DNA of 64,000 bases from Candidatus Micrarchaeota archaeon (lineage in GTDB: Archaea; Micrarchaeota; Micrarchaeia; Norongarragalinales; Norongarragalinaceae): contig JACPGT010000002.1 of assembly GCA_016188965.1 (NCBI GenBank), positions 84,125 through 148,124 on the forward strand, read 5' to 3'. Of this stretch, positions 9,512 through 17,862 are shown piece by piece (the first letter of the stretch is position 1; each line of letters opens with the position of its first letter). The notes under the pieces are model-generated. The model did not search any database and had not been told where the DNA came from. It worked only from the letters and a program-made list of their open reading frames with translations. A program made the translations under genes and the position numbers.

Positions 9512-9617
9512 CCTCTTCGGAGGCACAATCGGCGCTAACTGAATTCTTCTACTTACATGACCGGAGGCATTTTTAAACCAATCGTCGCAGCGGGTGTATT
9601 AGACTCGGAATTCGCGC

Positions 9618-10520
9618 TCATCCGGCTCTGGCGCTGCGCGAGGTGCCCATGATATTAGCGACGTACTTTTGCGTTTCATCATATGGCGGGATTCCGCGGT
9701 ATTTTTCCACGGCGCCGAATCCGGCGTTGTAGGACGCAAGAGCGCAGGCGTATTCCTTTCCTTTGCAGTAGGCTTTTTTCGCGGAGGATTGGTAGACCTG
9801 GGCCATGTGTTTGGCCCCTGCGCACAACGCCGGCAATGGGTCGAACGGATTTGCAAGGCCGACGGATCTGGCAGTGTCCGGCATGAACTGTGCGATGCCC
9901 TGCGCACCGGCCTTTGATCGTGCGTTCGGGTCGAAGCCGCTTTCGATTTCGATTTGCTTTTGGTAGTAGCCAGGGTTTATTCCGAATTGAGCGGCCGCGG
10001 TTAAGGTGAGCTTCCGGTAGAGCTGGGGTCCTGGTTTGCCTTTGGCCTCTCGCTTCAATTGCTGAATGCAGGCCTCTAAAGTGACTCGGTTGGGGTCCGG
10101 CCGGTCGACCGATGACGTCGGGGTCGAAGCCATTGCTCCATAGGCCTGGGCTAATCCTTCCGCGATTTGTTCGGCCAGCTGTTGTTGGCGGGCTTCGGTT
10201 GCAATCGCCGGCTCGTCGATGGAGCCCATTTCGACCAGGACGGCCGGCATCTGGGTGTTGCGCAGCACGCCGAGCGTGATGGGCTTGTAGGGTTTGCCTG
10301 TGACGTAGGTGCCCACGAAGGCGGATGCCGCCCCGTCCGGATAGACTCCTTTGCCCTCTTTTTCCAGTAAAACGTCCAAGCCCATGGTTTTGGCGATGGT
10401 TTGCGCCAGGGTCTTGCTTTGTTCCGAGCGGCCGTCCTTGGTATCCGGGTAGATGACTCCGGCGGAACAAAGCCGGTGGTCCTGCAAGCCGATGCCTGCG
10501 AATTGGCTGATTTGCGCCAT
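9618..10520 (-). CDS. murein hydrolase fragment: C-terminal part of amidase_3 plus SLT lytic transglycosylase (downstream part of a frameshifted gene)
   Basis: VLRNTQMPAVLVEMGSIDEP is the amidase_3 C-terminus. EIESGFDPNARSKAGAQGIAQFMP..ASYNAG are SLT motifs. This reading frame stays open upstream of the ATG through ADVSLNKRAGIAN..FLSLHVN. Confidence 0.8.
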   Translation of the reverse strand: MAQISQFAGIGLQDHRLCSAGVIYPDTKDGRSEQSKTLAQTIAKTMGLDVLLEKEGKGVYPDGAASAFVGTYVTGKPYKPITLGVLRNTQMPAVLVEMGSIDEPAIATEARQQQLAEQIAEGLAQAYGAMASTPTSSVDRPDPNRVTLEACIQQLKREAKGKPGPQLYRKLTLTAAAQFGINPGYYQKQIEIESGFDPNARSKAGAQGIAQFMPDTARSVGLANPFDPLPALCAGAKHMAQVYQSSAKKAYCKGKEYACALASYNAGFGAVEKYRGIPPYDETQKYVANIMGTSRSARAG

Positions 10521-10561
10521 TTCCTTTACGGCTTTGACCCGATCGCAGTTGACGTGGAGGC

Positions 10562-12577
10562 TTAAAAACGCGTCGGGTTTTGGTTGTTGTGCGTTGGCGA
10601 TTCCGGCCCTTTTGTTGAGCGATACGTCTGCCTCGCCTTGAGTTGCTCTACCAGGCGTTCCGCGACTTTGAGCGTGACTTGGTGTTCGTGCAGCGTGGCT
10701 TCCTGCGGGTTGGCCCCGACGTATGAGCCTTGGCCTTCCGAATAGGGTGTTCCGTGCCCGGCGTCAATCACGAATTTCTTCCCCTGGAGGCTCGCGGCGG
10801 TGGCCGTTTGCGTGCTGAACGTCTGGCAGGTCAGTTTGCCGGCGATTTTCTGGTCGGTGCGGGGTTTGCGGCTGATGCCTTCTTTTTCCGTGTACTTGGA
10901 AAAATCGGTGGTGGCGTCGCTGAGGTACATGTTCAAGACGAGGCCGTTGACGGCGTTGCCGAAGTTCTGCCGGATGGGTACCTCGACGTAATAGAACCCT
11001 GCGTAATTCGGCCGTTCCGAAAGCGCCTGGATGTAGACCGGTGTTGTGCCGGCCGGCAGGTTGCGGTATTGTTCAGGGTATTGCACGCCGGGCTTGTGCA
11101 GGACGGCACGAGCGGCGAAACATCCGCCTTTGTCGTTGCCGTAGCCGGAGAACGCGACGTCGAAGAAAGCGTCTTTGGCGCCGTCTTTCTGGTCGACGTA
11201 GAAATAGACGCACGCTTTGTTGCCGCCGGAAAAATCGGGAAGCGTCTGGAACGATGCGTCTTGGGGGCACGATCCCGGGTTTGACTTGATGGCGACGATG
11301 CGGGTTTTCTGCGTCTGCGTTTCCGCGAACTCCATCGTTTCTTGAGAAGCCGTCTTGCCGGCGAATTCCAGCAACGCGTCTTTGGCGGCTAAGACTCTCG
11401 GAGCATACCCGTTGGCCAGGTACGGCTTGGGGTTGACGGCGCAGGATGCTTCCACGCATCCGATGCGCACGCCGTAATGCAGGTGGACGGCTCCGTTGGC
11501 GCTTCCGGTGCCTCCCATGGTGCCGAGGGTTTGTCCTTGTTTGACGGCTTGGCCGACTTTGAGTGACGGAACGTCTTGCAGGTGACAGAACGTGCCGTAG
11601 ATGGGTTTGCCCATGGTGGCTGAACAGCCCGTGAATTCCATGCTCATCCCGTTGCCGCACGCGCCGCCTTCGTGCGCTCCGAAGACGCTGACGATTTTTC
11701 CGTCAGCCGGCGCGATGATGGTCGGATTTCCCACGATGTCGATTCCATCGTGCGAGTAGCTTCGGCCGTTGTACTGCCTCGGGGTGCCGAACTCGCTGGT
11801 GATTTCGGGGTTTTTCAGTGGCGGGATGAACCGGCACCGCTCTTGGATTTCCGCAGAAGGCAAGAGGGATTCTGACAGCAATCCATACCGCAGTCCGGTG
11901 GGGGTGTCGTCCGTCGACGGCGCGTCCGTCAAGCGGCCGCTTGTTTCGGCGACGGATTCCGCGTTCGTTCCTTCCGTGGATGCGTGCGTCCCATCTGCGT
12001 TGCTTTGCCGGGTGTTCGCATCGGCGCGGGCGTTTTGGACCGGTGGCGTTTTGGGCACGCAGTTCTTGAATGCCACCGCCCTGGCGTCGGTTGATACCTG
12101 GATTTGGCAGGCGGGGTTGACCGCGGCCGGGTACGTTTCATCCAGCATGGTGGTGAGGATCGTCGTGGCGGCGGCCGTGGCATCCGGCGCCGCATACACG
12201 CGCAGGATGTCCCGGTCCAGGAAAATGACGTTGTAGTCTTTTCCGGAAGCGGGGAACGAGAACCGTTCTGACGCCGGGGCGTTGTCTACCGGGTCCGGTA
12301 GCGCGAATGGCATGGGGTTGGCCGATACGCGTTGGAGGTATCCCGTGCCGATGCGGATGTCGATTCCCACTTCTCCTTCGAACGTCTTGTCCTTGATGGC
12401 GCAGTACAGGTAGGATTCCGGCGTCAGCGAGGCGCCGGCGCAGTTGCCGGAAATGGCGGAAATGCCGTGGATTCCCAGCTTGTTCAGGTCGAACAGCGTC
12501 GTGGCGGGTGCGGCCAGGATTGATGGCAATGCGATGACCAGAAAGACCAGCGGGAGTGGACTTCGTGCTGACGCCAT
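10562..12577 (-). CDS. secreted murein hydrolase fragment: signal peptide, M23 peptidase, N-terminal part of amidase_3 (upstream part of a frameshifted gene)
   Basis: MASARSPLPLVFLVIALPSILA signal. M23 HxxxD/HxH motifs (SHDGIDIVG, AVHLHYGV). C-terminal FVIDAGHGTPYSEG begins amidase_3 and then runs into a stop. Start at ATG 12577 because the ORF start is TTG. Confidence 0.8.
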   Translation of the reverse strand: MASARSPLPLVFLVIALPSILAAPATTLFDLNKLGIHGISAISGNCAGASLTPESYLYCAIKDKTFEGEVGIDIRIGTGYLQRVSANPMPFALPDPVDNAPASERFSFPASGKDYNVIFLDRDILRVYAAPDATAAATTILTTMLDETYPAAVNPACQIQVSTDARAVAFKNCVPKTPPVQNARADANTRQSNADGTHASTEGTNAESVAETSGRLTDAPSTDDTPTGLRYGLLSESLLPSAEIQERCRFIPPLKNPEITSEFGTPRQYNGRSYSHDGIDIVGNPTIIAPADGKIVSVFGAHEGGACGNGMSMEFTGCSATMGKPIYGTFCHLQDVPSLKVGQAVKQGQTLGTMGGTGSANGAVHLHYGVRIGCVEASCAVNPKPYLANGYAPRVLAAKDALLEFAGKTASQETMEFAETQTQKTRIVAIKSNPGSCPQDASFQTLPDFSGGNKACVYFYVDQKDGAKDAFFDVAFSGYGNDKGGCFAARAVLHKPGVQYPEQYRNLPAGTTPVYIQALSERPNYAGFYYVEVPIRQNFGNAVNGLVLNMYLSDATTDFSKYTEKEGISRKPRTDQKIAGKLTCQTFSTQTATAASLQGKKFVIDAGHGTPYSEGQGSYVGANPQEATLHEHQVTLKVAERLVEQLKARQTYRSTKGPESPTHNNQNPTRF

Positions 12578-12622
12578 GAGCAAATAGAAGGCGGCTTCCA
12601 ACTAAAAAGGCTTTTCCGAGCC

Positions 12623-13552
12623 TTAAGCGCCGCTTTTATGCGTCCGGATGACGCGTTCGATGTCAAACGCCATGCCTTTTTTCTGGTTCCGGATTTGTTC
12701 GCCGCCCAGCAGGGCTTTCGCGAGGCAGACTAATTCGCCTTTTCCGGACACGATTTGGACTGGCTCATCGACCTTGATGCCTTCATCCAGCGCCAGGATG
12801 CCGGGAATGGCGAGGTTGGCGCCGGTGGTGATGGGCTGGATGGCGCCGTCGGACACGACTACTTTCTTCAGCGCGATGGCCTGCTCGACGGGCACCAGCA
12901 TGGCGCGCAACGTCTTTTCGTCGCCTTTTTCTTTGTAGAGCCAGACTGCGTCAGAAACGTCCTGCAAGGGGTGCGCTTGGCTTTCGGTGAATCCGGCGGC
13001 CACCGTGCGGCGCAGTTCGGCCATGAGGCCTCCGCATTGCAGCACTTCACCCATGTCGTAACAGAGCTTGCGGATGTACGTGCCGGCCTCGACTTCTGAT
13101 TCAAACAGGACGAATTGGCCGTCGTTTTCCAGCAATTCGAGCCGGTAGACGTGGCGGGTGCGCAGGACGCGCTTGACGGCGCTTTTTTTCGGCGGCGTCT
13201 GGAAAATGGGTCCGCGGAAGCGCGAAAAGACGCGTTCCAACTCGGCGTCTGCTTTCGCCTCGCGCAGCTTCATGAGCGCGATGTAGGTCTTCCGGTCCTT
13301 CAGCAGGAAGCCGGCGGCTTTCGTGGCTTCCCCCAGCAAAACCGGCAAGACGCCGGAGACTTCCGGATCCAAGGTGCCTGAGTGGCCTGCCTTTGGCACG
13401 TTGAGCATGCGTTTGACCCACGCGGAGACTTCGTGCGACGACGGCCCGCAGGGCTTGTCAATGACGGCGATGCTGTAGGGCAGCAAATCGGCGACGGTCT
13501 TTTCGGAAAGCATCTTGCCCCAGGTGGATTCTTCCTCGTGCAGCGTAATCAT
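12623..13552 (-). CDS. cbf5: H/ACA RNP pseudouridine synthase Cbf5 (TruB family, PUA domain)
   Basis: IDKPCGPSSHEVSAWVKRML..AGHSGTLDPEVSGVLPV catalytic Asp motif, with a C-terminal PUA-like region. Confidence 0.92.
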   Translation of the reverse strand: MITLHEEESTWGKMLSEKTVADLLPYSIAVIDKPCGPSSHEVSAWVKRMLNVPKAGHSGTLDPEVSGVLPVLLGEATKAAGFLLKDRKTYIALMKLREAKADAELERVFSRFRGPIFQTPPKKSAVKRVLRTRHVYRLELLENDGQFVLFESEVEAGTYIRKLCYDMGEVLQCGGLMAELRRTVAAGFTESQAHPLQDVSDAVWLYKEKGDEKTLRAMLVPVEQAIALKKVVVSDGAIQPITTGANLAIPGILALDEGIKVDEPVQIVSGKGELVCLAKALLGGEQIRNQKKGMAFDIERVIRTHKSGA

Positions 13553-13649
13553 GTGTGTATCCTACGGTATGTGCGTTGGCTTGATAGAAAAAGATGCGTG
13601 CGCCCGGAAAACCAACGGGCGTCAAGAAGGCTGGCGAACGGTTTGTCGT

Positions 13650-13817
13650 TTACGCCGGCAAAGGTTCGATGTGCGCCATGTTGACGCGTTTTTGCTTGCC
13701 TTTGGCGTCCGTGACTTCCACGAAGTGCTTGTCGATCAGCTTGCTGACCGTCACGGTTTCGCCTGCTTTGCGTCCGCGCAGAAGGATGCATTTGCGGCCG
13801 ACGTCGATTGCTGCCAT
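13650..13817 (-). CDS. rpl14e: 50S ribosomal protein L14e (eL14)
   Basis: Hand-translated 55-aa ORF missed by the track: MAAIDVGRKCILLRGRKAGETVTVSKLIDKHFVEVTDAKGKQKRVNMAHIEPLPA (KOW-like). Classic position next to cbf5. Confidence 0.85.
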   Translation of the reverse strand: MAAIDVGRKCILLRGRKAGETVTVSKLIDKHFVEVTDAKGKQKRVNMAHIEPLPA

Positions 13818-13887
13818 GGTTCAGACTCACCTGTAAGTTGAATAAACTTGTTTCTTTAACGGTGGCCGGAGGGGTTTTTCAACGTTG

Positions 13888-14184
13888 TCATTCCGTCAGC
13901 ACGACCCACGTGCGCGGCTGCCGTGGATCCTGCCGGGGATGCGGATAGAACGATACGGTCTTCGATTTTTCAGCCTGCCGCGCCTTGAACTCGTCCAAGT
14001 GCCGGCGCACGTCGCGGGCTTCTTGCGGGCTGACGTCGCCTTTGCCGTCTTTCGTGAACAGCCTCGCCTTTGCGGCTTCCAACTTGGGCGCGTCTTTGCG
14101 CTTCAGACCGGTTGGCAACTTTAGCGGCCCCATGTCCAAGTGGAGGTAGCCGAGGGACTTCAAAGCGGAGCGGAGGGTTTGCAT
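13888..14184 (-). CDS. hypothetical protein
   Basis: 98-aa ORF. Its N-terminus MQTLRSALKSLGYLH resembles that of the next gene. Confidence 0.4.
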   Translation of the reverse strand: MQTLRSALKSLGYLHLDMGPLKLPTGLKRKDAPKLEAAKARLFTKDGKGDVSPQEARDVRRHLDEFKARQAEKSKTVSFYPHPRQDPRQPRTWVVLTE

Positions 14185-14232
14185 GGCCTTGGGTCTCGTC
14201 CGGCCGCTTTTCGGTCTTGCGGCAGGTTTACC

Positions 14233-14652
14233 TCATCTTCCAATGATGCGCTTCAGGATTGCCATGATGCCGGTTTGCGGCTTGGCTTCGAATGCGAATG
14301 CGTATACGTCCGGCGTCTGGGGTGTGCGATGTCCTGTGATTTCGGCCGGAGCCACGTGATTCAGCCGCTGCAGCCCGTCTTTGCCCTGCTTCCCGTGGAG
14401 TTCGAATGCCTCGTGCGCCCCTTCGATGGCTCGGTCGCGTTGCGTTCCTTTTTCCTTTCGGAGTTCAGGATTTGACGAAAAGAAGTGGATTGACGCCACT
14501 TGCCCCTTATCCATCGCTTCCACGATGGGTATGGCTTTGCCAGGCTGCGCTTTGATTGTCTCGCTCTGCAGGTGTTTTTTTCGGTATTCTTCGGGAGTCA
14601 GGACGTGGTGGGCGTACCCCAGTGCCGTCATCCGGTTGATCAATTCCTGCAT
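14233..14652 (-). CDS. hypothetical protein
   Basis: 139-aa ORF. Its N-terminus MQELINRMTALGYAH is paralogous to 13888-14184. Confidence 0.45.
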   Translation of the reverse strand: MQELINRMTALGYAHHVLTPEEYRKKHLQSETIKAQPGKAIPIVEAMDKGQVASIHFFSSNPELRKEKGTQRDRAIEGAHEAFELHGKQGKDGLQRLNHVAPAEITGHRTPQTPDVYAFAFEAKPQTGIMAILKRIIGR

Positions 14653-14662
14653 ATGGGGCGGT

Positions 14663-15244
14663 TCACTTTTTCTTTGTTTTTCGGGCGGCCTTGACTTTCT
14701 TGGCGCAGGCGATGATCAGTTCGGCCACTTGTTCGGCCGTGAAGCGTTCCGTGTTGACGGTGAGGTCGACGGCGCGGGCAAATCGTGCCACGTTGATGCC
14801 GTACAGCGACAAATAACGCTGCTCGTTCTCCTCGTCGCGGAAAAGCGTGTCCTCCAAGACGCGGGCGAACGTCTTTCCCTCGCGCTTGCTGATGCGTTTG
14901 GCCCGCTCGTTCAGCGGCGCGTAAATCCACACCTTCAAGTCGAACGCGGGGGCCTGCACGCCGATCTTGTTGCGGATGCGTTCATCGTCCAGCCAGACGG
15001 ACAGGCGCGAGCCCACCACGCAGTCCTTCGTCTTTTCGATCAGCGCCACTTGGCGGCGGTCGACGTCGTAATCGTATTTCGGCGTGGCTTTGGATTCGGC
15101 TTGGATTTTCTCGAACGGCATCTTCAAGTCGATGGCGAGGTTTCTGAACGTATAGTTGATGAACTGCAAGCCAAGCCGTTCGGCCACGAGGCGGGAGACC
15201 GTGGTGTTGCCGCAACCGGACAATGAGGAAATGGCGATGCGCAT
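14663..15244 (-). CDS. cmk: archaeal-type cytidylate kinase
   Basis: MRIAISSLSGCGNTTVSRLVAERLGL P-loop region, 193 aa, in the conserved L34e-cmk-L14e context. Confidence 0.75.
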   Translation of the reverse strand: MRIAISSLSGCGNTTVSRLVAERLGLQFINYTFRNLAIDLKMPFEKIQAESKATPKYDYDVDRRQVALIEKTKDCVVGSRLSVWLDDERIRNKIGVQAPAFDLKVWIYAPLNERAKRISKREGKTFARVLEDTLFRDEENEQRYLSLYGINVARFARAVDLTVNTERFTAEQVAELIIACAKKVKAARKTKKK

Positions 15245-15400
15245 GGGAAAGATAAGAAAAACGGGTTTAAATCACGTTCGTTCGGATTCGGAATTGATCG
15301 CTATGCCGGAGGCAGTGGTGGGAAAACAAGAACGAAAAAGCGCCGTCTTTTTTTTGGGAAAGGCCGGCGTGCGATGGCGTTTGGCGAATTTCAGGCGTGA

Positions 15401-15727
15401 TTACGCCTTGAGCATCTTGACGTATTTCATGAGCGTCAAGGGCACCGTCGTCTCGTCCGTCACGCCGCTTTGCAGGCGGGTGCGCGTCTTGATGACGTGC
15501 GCCGTGCAGTTGCCGCACAAGACGCCTCCGAAGGTGCGTTGGGGCCGGCGTTGCGTGGCCGAGAGCTTGGCCATGCCGGCGCGCGATTCGCGGGGCACGG
15601 CGGCCAAGGGCTTGCGGCAGAGCGCGCAGTGGGCCTGCTTGGGCTTCTTGTTCTTCGTCAACAACGCCGTGCGGCCGGACGGCGTGCGGCGGGAGAGTTT
15701 CTTCATGCGGTAGCGGGAGCGGTTCAT
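15401..15727 (-). CDS. rpl34e: 50S ribosomal protein L34e (eL34)
   Basis: MNRSRYRMKKLSRRTPSGR..CALCRKPL..GGVLCGNC. Only the last 108 codons of the 210-aa ORF are used; ATG 15727 verified. Confidence 0.9.
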   Translation of the reverse strand: MNRSRYRMKKLSRRTPSGRTALLTKNKKPKQAHCALCRKPLAAVPRESRAGMAKLSATQRRPQRTFGGVLCGNCTAHVIKTRTRLQSGVTDETTVPLTLMKYVKMLKA

Positions 15728-15794
15728 TTCGGTTTCACACCTGTTTTTCGGTAATTGCGGTTCTAAGGCAAAGCAAGGGCTGTGGCCTTTAATC

Positions 15795-16313
15795 TCATTG
15801 TTTTTGCTGGTTGGGGCCGTACAAAAGCCTTTCGATGAACGGGGCGGCGGCCAATTGCAGGACGATGCCGGAGAAGAACAGTACGACGAGGAAGTATCCC
15901 CGCACGCCGTAGACGCTGTCGTGCAGGATGTTGAGGCCCAGCAGTTCCTGGCCGTTGAGGTGCAAGGCGATGGGCAGTTGGATGAGAAACTGGGGGTAGA
16001 TTTCGTTGAGGATGCCGGCGAATCCAAAACCACCGAAGAGGATGATGAACGTGGGCAGGATGACGAGCATGGGCTTGAATTGGTATTTCATGGATTCGAA
16101 CATGAGCCCCGTCATGGCTTTCTGCCTTTCGTCGAGGCGCTTGAGCTCTTTTTCGTCGCCGTCTTTGGCGGCTTTCTGGAATTCCTTTTGCAGGTCTTGC
16201 ATTTCCTTCTGGATTTGCTGCACGCGGCGGCGGTTGCCCAGCGTGTACTGGAGGGCCATCGAGAAGACCGAGTACGCCAGGGCCATGGCGGTGATGATCA
16301 GCGTGTCGGACAT
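15795..16313 (-). CDS. DUF106 membrane protein (archaeal Oxa1/YidC-like insertase family)
   Basis: TM, coiled-coil (QQIQKEMQDLQKEFQKA) and TM architecture. Conserved position after secY. ATG 16313. Confidence 0.75.
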   Translation of the reverse strand: MSDTLIITAMALAYSVFSMALQYTLGNRRRVQQIQKEMQDLQKEFQKAAKDGDEKELKRLDERQKAMTGLMFESMKYQFKPMLVILPTFIILFGGFGFAGILNEIYPQFLIQLPIALHLNGQELLGLNILHDSVYGVRGYFLVVLFFSGIVLQLAAAPFIERLLYGPNQQKQ

Positions 16314-16326
16314 GGTAGTGTGCAAC

Positions 16327-17784
16327 CTATTGGACGACGGATTTGAGCACGGGATACATCTCGAACAGCTGCTGCTGTGCTAATTCTTCGTAGAACCGGT
16401 AGACGATGCCGACGGTCAGCAGGATGCCCGTGCCGGTGCCCAAGGCGCCGGTGATGTCGGCAAACCAAGCCAAGAGGCCGACGAAGATGCTGCCGAGGAT
16501 GGTGATGATGGGGATGTAGCGTTCCAGGATGCCTTGCGTGATGCGCGGGTCCTGTCGGAAGCCGGGAATCTGGAGGCCCGACCGTTCCAGTTGTTTGGCC
16601 ACGTCGGAGGCGCCCATGCCGGTGCTTTCGATCCAGAACCATCCGAAGATGATGCACAACAGGATCAGCGCGATGCCGTAGGTGAAAATGTGGATGATTT
16701 CGTTGGGTTGCGTGATGATTTGCAGGTATTGCTCGTAGCCGCCCAAGAGCAGGGGATTCGGCAGGGCGTTGATGTAGTAGGCAAATCCGTCGACGGGTTG
16801 GTTGTTCTGGAACGTGCCGAACAGGCCCATTTTGATGTCCGGCTGGCCGGCGACGGGCGCAGCCATGACCGCTCCCAGCAACTGGATGTTCAAAAGGACG
16901 GCCGATGCCAGGATGACGGGGATGTTCGACACGTAGAGGAACTTGATGGGATAGCGTGCGCCCAATCCGCGGGCGCGTCCGTACGCCAGGGGTAGTTCGA
17001 TTTTCATGCCTTCGGCAAAGACGACGATCAGGAAAATCAGTATGGTGAAGACGATGGGTACTAAGCTGAACACGGCGGTGTTGATGCTGCCGGCGGAGTT
17101 GATTAGGTTCCAGATGAAGCGCGGGATGAGGCCGGACGGCTCGCCGGACGCGCTCAACGACACGAAGCTGAACGCGCCGACGAAGACGGCTTTGCTCACG
17201 CCGGCGGCGATGAACAGGGAAATGCCCGAGCCGATGCCGTAGCGCTGGCATACTTCGTCCAGGTACAACAGGAGGATGGCACCCAGAGCGATTTGGAACA
17301 TGACGAGCAGTTGCGTGATGAATATGCTGCCGAACAGCGGCGAGGCTGCGTCGATGGGGATGTAGCCGGAAAAGGAGAAGATGGCGGCTTCGAACAGGGC
17401 CAGGACGATGGCGAGCATTTTCTGCAGGCCTTGGAAGAGTTTCTTGTTCTCCGGGTCGGACATGTCCAGGTTGATGAGTTTGGCGCCGACGGCCAGCTGG
17501 AGGAAGATGGAGGACAGCACGATGGGGCCGATGCCGGCGGTGATCAAGCTACCGGTGGACGAACCCAGCAGGATGTCGAGGCGTTCGAACGTGGCCGCAA
17601 TCTTGGACGGGTCGGAGCCAATGGGGAAAATCTGGCCCAGGATGAAGAATACCAACAAGCAGGCCAGCGTCCAGAGCAGCCTCTGTGTCAGCGGCGGCGC
17701 GCGGTCCGGTTTCTTGACTTCCGGCAGGAGCCGGGTAATCGGGCGAAAGATGTCCAATAATCCCATAAAGAGTTTCTCTACCAT
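16327..17784 (-). CDS. secY: preprotein translocase subunit SecY
   Basis: About 10 TM segments, LPEVKKP..LLWTLACLLVFFILGQIFPIG N-terminus, YGIGSGISLFIAAGV. ATG 17784 used because the ORF start is TTG. Confidence 0.95.
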   Translation of the reverse strand: MVEKLFMGLLDIFRPITRLLPEVKKPDRAPPLTQRLLWTLACLLVFFILGQIFPIGSDPSKIAATFERLDILLGSSTGSLITAGIGPIVLSSIFLQLAVGAKLINLDMSDPENKKLFQGLQKMLAIVLALFEAAIFSFSGYIPIDAASPLFGSIFITQLLVMFQIALGAILLLYLDEVCQRYGIGSGISLFIAAGVSKAVFVGAFSFVSLSASGEPSGLIPRFIWNLINSAGSINTAVFSLVPIVFTILIFLIVVFAEGMKIELPLAYGRARGLGARYPIKFLYVSNIPVILASAVLLNIQLLGAVMAAPVAGQPDIKMGLFGTFQNNQPVDGFAYYINALPNPLLLGGYEQYLQIITQPNEIIHIFTYGIALILLCIIFGWFWIESTGMGASDVAKQLERSGLQIPGFRQDPRITQGILERYIPIITILGSIFVGLLAWFADITGALGTGTGILLTVGIVYRFYEELAQQQLFEMYPVLKSVVQ

Positions 17785-17862
17785 TTCAAGCAAGTTTTAA
17801 TAAAAAGGTTGTGGCTTTTGGGTTTTGCCGTCCGCGGCGGATTCCGCACGCATGATGCGCCG

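Noticed and set aside
9186-9617. Attempt to call the structured spacer as SRP (7S) RNA or RNase P RNA
   Set aside because: I could not find the RNase P CR-I GAGGAAAGUCC / CR-V ACAGAA..GGCUUA pair in the right order. I also could not find the SRP helix-8 AGG..GGAA..AGCA arrangement. It is kept only as an unclassified ncRNA candidate pending a covariance-model search.
10600-10660. Programmed ribosomal frameshift in the murein hydrolase gene
   Set aside because: No slippery heptamer (X XXY YYZ) or downstream pseudoknot is evident around the frame change. A mutation or sequencing error is the simpler explanation.
14663-15244. Cytidylate kinase P-loop reads SGCGNTT (Asn where the Walker A Lys is expected), suggesting an inactive kinase
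   Set aside because: As far as I recall, archaeal-type Cmk proteins often deviate from the canonical GxxGxGK[ST] at this position. Without an alignment I cannot claim degeneracy.
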